Assembly: GCA_963793265.1 (NCBI GenBank)
Contig: CAWBZI010000007.1
Coordinates: forward strand, 384,001-448,000
Length of the DNA stretch: 64,000 bases
Direction of reading: 5' to 3'
From: an uncultured cyanobacterium
Lineage (GTDB): Bacteria > Cyanobacteriota > Cyanobacteriia > Phormidesmidales > Phormidesmidaceae
Shown here: positions 61,246 through 64,000 of the stretch, piece after piece
How positions within the stretch are numbered: position 1 is the stretch's first letter
Layout of the letters: each line of letters starts with the position of its first letter
Notes under the pieces: model-generated
Databases searched by the model: none
Told to the model about the DNA's origin: nothing
Seen by the model: only the letters and a program-made list of their open reading frames with translations
Position numbers and translations under genes: made by a program

Positions 61246-61355
61246 GGCTTATCTCTCTTTGTTAACTTCGCTAGCACTTTCTCTTAGCAGCTATTTTTGA
61301 CAGTTCTTCAACGACAGCTCTTCAACACGCTTTCGACAACGCCTCAGCCGCCCAA

Positions 61356-62705
61356 TCACTCGATATACCCGGTATGGCGCATAAACCTTTCTGCAATGCC
61401 CTGAGCTGTCTCAAGCGATTCATCAATTCCAGACTGGCCTGCTAAAGTCGCTGCCATGCGCTGCCCTACCTGCGTTCCTATCGCTTGAAACTCGGGAATA
61501 TCTACATACTGAATTCCTTTGTAGGGCGTAGGCAGTGCAGACGGACTCTCAATATCAGCCGATTCAATCGAATTGAGCACTGTTTTGGCAAAAGGTGCCA
61601 CCTCTTGATAGTTAGGATTCTCGTAGGTAGAGGTGCGCGTGCCGGGTGGAACGCTGACCCAGCCAGACTTATCGGCAACCAGTTGAATGTAGTCTTTTGA
61701 CGTAGCCCAGGTAATAAACTTTTGAGCAGCTTCGGGCGATCGCGATGTCTCAGGAATAGCCAGCGCCCAAGACCACAGCCAGTTCGACCCATTGGGATAA
61801 GACTCAATAGGAGCGGGCGCAAAGCCAACCGTATCGGTGACCTGAGACTGTTCAGGATTAGATAACAAGCCCGCTGCAACGGTGGCATCAATCCACATGC
61901 CGCACTTGCCCGTCGAGAACAGCGCTAAGTTCTCGTTAAACCCATTAGAGCTAGCGCCCGGTGGCCCATAGTCATTCAAAGTTTCCACATAGAAACTCAC
62001 TGCATTCTTCCACTCTGGGGTATCAAGCTGAGGCTGCCAGTCCATATCAAACCAGCGGCCACCAAAGGTATTAGCTAGCGTCGTCAAAAAGGCCATATTC
62101 TCGCCCCAGCCAGGTTTGCCCCGCAGGCACATACCATAAACGCCGTTTGCCGGATCGTGCACTTTACTGGCCCATTCTTTAACCTGGTCGTAAGTCGGCT
62201 GCTCTGGCATCGCAATACCTGCTTTTTCAAACAGGTCGCGGCGATAGTACAGCATTGAGCTTTCGCCATAAAAAGGCAGCGCATAAAGCGTATCTTCATA
62301 CGATAATCCGGTACGAATAGGCGTAATTAAATCGTCCACGTCGTAGTCGTCAGGAAGCTGGTCGAGCGGCTTTAGCCAGCCTCGCTTTGCCCAAATTGGC
62401 GCTTCATAAGAGCCAATCGTGAGCACGTCAAACTGGCCGCCGCCGCTAGACACATCCGTCGTTGTGCGCTGACGCAAAATGTTCTCTTCTAGCACGACCC
62501 ATCGCAGCTCAATGTCTGGATTATCGGCCTCGAACTGACTAGAAAGATCCTGCATCACTACCATGTCGCCGTTATTCACAGTGGCAATGGTCAATCGGGT
62601 TTTTTCGGCGGCCTGCTCTCCTGCGCTGCAAGCGTGCAGCATTTGCACAAGCAAAACGCTGGCTAAGAATATTGCCACTACTTTGGCGAAGCGGAAGGGA
62701 CGCAT
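61356..62705 (-). CDS. Polyol ABC transporter substrate-binding lipoprotein (SmoE/MtlE-like)
   Basis: LTIATVNNGDM, LEENILRQR, CLRGKPGWGENMA, GKCGMWIDAT, WLWSWALAIP. Confidence 0.88.
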   Translation of the reverse strand: MRPFRFAKVVAIFLASVLLVQMLHACSAGEQAAEKTRLTIATVNNGDMVVMQDLSSQFEADNPDIELRWVVLEENILRQRTTTDVSSGGGQFDVLTIGSYEAPIWAKRGWLKPLDQLPDDYDVDDLITPIRTGLSYEDTLYALPFYGESSMLYYRRDLFEKAGIAMPEQPTYDQVKEWASKVHDPANGVYGMCLRGKPGWGENMAFLTTLANTFGGRWFDMDWQPQLDTPEWKNAVSFYVETLNDYGPPGASSNGFNENLALFSTGKCGMWIDATVAAGLLSNPEQSQVTDTVGFAPAPIESYPNGSNWLWSWALAIPETSRSPEAAQKFITWATSKDYIQLVADKSGWVSVPPGTRTSTYENPNYQEVAPFAKTVLNSIESADIESPSALPTPYKGIQYVDIPEFQAIGTQVGQRMAATLAGQSGIDESLETAQGIAERFMRHTGYIE

Positions 62706-62983
62706 CGCTAGGCTCCTTGTTTAGGTGAAGGTGTTTAAGTGAAGTCAAACTGTTTTTGGGTTTATGCTTAAGCTGTGAGCAAAAGCTCTATACTCAAAAT
62801 CATACAGAAGCGATCGCTAGATTATGAGAAAGACTGTAGCCTTTGAAACATTTCTTGACTAAGCGCATAAAGTCGCAAACAGTCAATAATGCGATTTCGG
62901 CTGTCGCTATTTCATAAAAGTTTGAGAAAACGTTCAAGCATACGAAGATAGCTAACATAGGCACAAGGCATGGAGAGAGTAAA

Positions 62984-63907
62984 ATGTTGCTTTTTGGTGG
63001 TATAGAAGCGGGTGGAACAAAATTTGTTTGCGCAGTTGGCACTGGCCCGAATGACTTGCGCTCAGAAGTTCGTATTCCGACGACGACGCCCGCAGAAACC
63101 CTTTCTAAAGTGATTGATTATTTTGCGCAGCAGCAGGATAAAGAAGGCAGCTTGGCAGCAATTGGTATCGGTGCCTTTGGCCCTGTAGACGTTCGTCAGA
63201 ACTCTTCGACCTTCGGCTGGTTTCTAGACACGCCGAAACCAGGCTGGCAGCAGATTGACTTTGCAGGGGTTGTAAAACGCGAGCTGGATGTGGCTGTAGG
63301 GTTTGATACTGACGTGAATGTGGCTGCTTTGGGCGAGCACAGGTGGGGGAACGCACAGGGGTTAGAAACCTTTATCTATCTGACGGTCGGTACGGGAGTG
63401 GGGGGCGGTGGTATGGTGAGCGGGCGGCCTATTCACGGACTGCTTCATCCCGAGATGGGCCATATTCTAGTGCCGCACGATCGCCAGATCGATCCTTTCT
63501 CAGGCACTTGCCCTTTCCACCAAGACTGCCTCGAAGGACTCGCTTCTGGATTCGCAATGGAGAAGCGGTGGGGACAAAAAGGCGTTGACCTGCCTGCCGA
63601 TCATCCCGCTTGGGCGCTAGAAGCTGACTATTTAGCGACAGGGCTCATGAATTTTATTCTGACGCTTTCACCCGAGCGGATTATCCTGGGTGGTGGCGTG
63701 ATGGCGCAACAGCAGCTCTTTGGAATGGTGCGCGCTCGGGTTCAAAGTAAGCTGAATGCCTATCTATCAGTTCCTAAAATTATCGACGAGATAGAGGACT
63801 ATATTCTGCCGCCCGGCTTGGGCAACAAGTCTGGAATTATGGGCGCTTTCGCCCTAGCAGAGCAGGTAGCACAGCAACAAGGAATAAGTTCGAGTGTGAT
63901 AGCTTAA
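62984..63907 (+). CDS. ROK-family fructokinase
   Basis: [46 protein letters not shown]. Confidence 0.88.
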   Translation: MLLFGGIEAGGTKFVCAVGTGPNDLRSEVRIPTTTPAETLSKVIDYFAQQQDKEGSLAAIGIGAFGPVDVRQNSSTFGWFLDTPKPGWQQIDFAGVVKRELDVAVGFDTDVNVAALGEHRWGNAQGLETFIYLTVGTGVGGGGMVSGRPIHGLLHPEMGHILVPHDRQIDPFSGTCPFHQDCLEGLASGFAMEKRWGQKGVDLPADHPAWALEADYLATGLMNFILTLSPERIILGGGVMAQQQLFGMVRARVQSKLNAYLSVPKIIDEIEDYILPPGLGNKSGIMGAFALAEQVAQQQGISSSVIA

Positions 63908-64000
63908 AGAGCGTTGAACAATAGGTGGGAAACAGCAGGCATTAAAGTATGGGAGAACCTCGTTCTGAGCAACATAGCAATTCTGCGAAGCATAGTACAC

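Larger units (their letters stand above)
2727..62817. repeat. Dispersed HIP1 octamers (GCGATCGC)
   Basis: Dozens of occurrences across the window (for example near 2727, 4600, 22539, 42020, 55535); not counted exactly. Confidence 0.9.

Noticed and set aside
1..64000. tRNA, rRNA, CRISPR arrays, intact transposases or phage genes
   Set aside because: None recognised by eye; tRNAscan-SE and Rfam were not run, so small RNAs may have been missed.

Overview
Cyanobacterial chromosomal DNA: HIP1 octamers (GCGATCGC) are frequent, and psbA, petJ and CP12 are present. The left part (1-30.4 kb) is mixed housekeeping and accessory. It holds an RTX Ca-binding protein, DeaD helicase, glgX, an orphan antitoxin with a toxin remnant, a CDP-sugar cluster with three tandem C-methyltransferases, ppa, a desaturase and psbA. 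The centre (31-53.7 kb) looks like a dark/low-energy metabolism and signalling island. It contains gdhA divergent from the 2-oxoglutarate-decarboxylase TCA bypass, a USP, an unannotated Zn-ribbon microprotein, CBS/GAF/PAS kinases, a REC-wHTH-Hpt-REC-REC-GGDEF regulator, a second glgX, and what look like remnants of a hox-associated cluster (degenerate HoxW-like protein, ppsA and USP fragments, CBS-CP12). Eight intergenic positions in this island share one promoter architecture, CYTCA-N6-CYTCA-N11-TAnnnT, read by eye; this is the strongest candidate for an undescribed regulon. Two near-identical 162/163-bp MITEs carrying REP-like hairpins sit in inverted orientation around 11 kb of the island. 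The right end holds a Spy/CpxP protein with a two-component pair and a complete polyol (mannitol/sorbitol) ABC uptake and catabolism locus. All functional calls come from motif recognition; no database searches were run.
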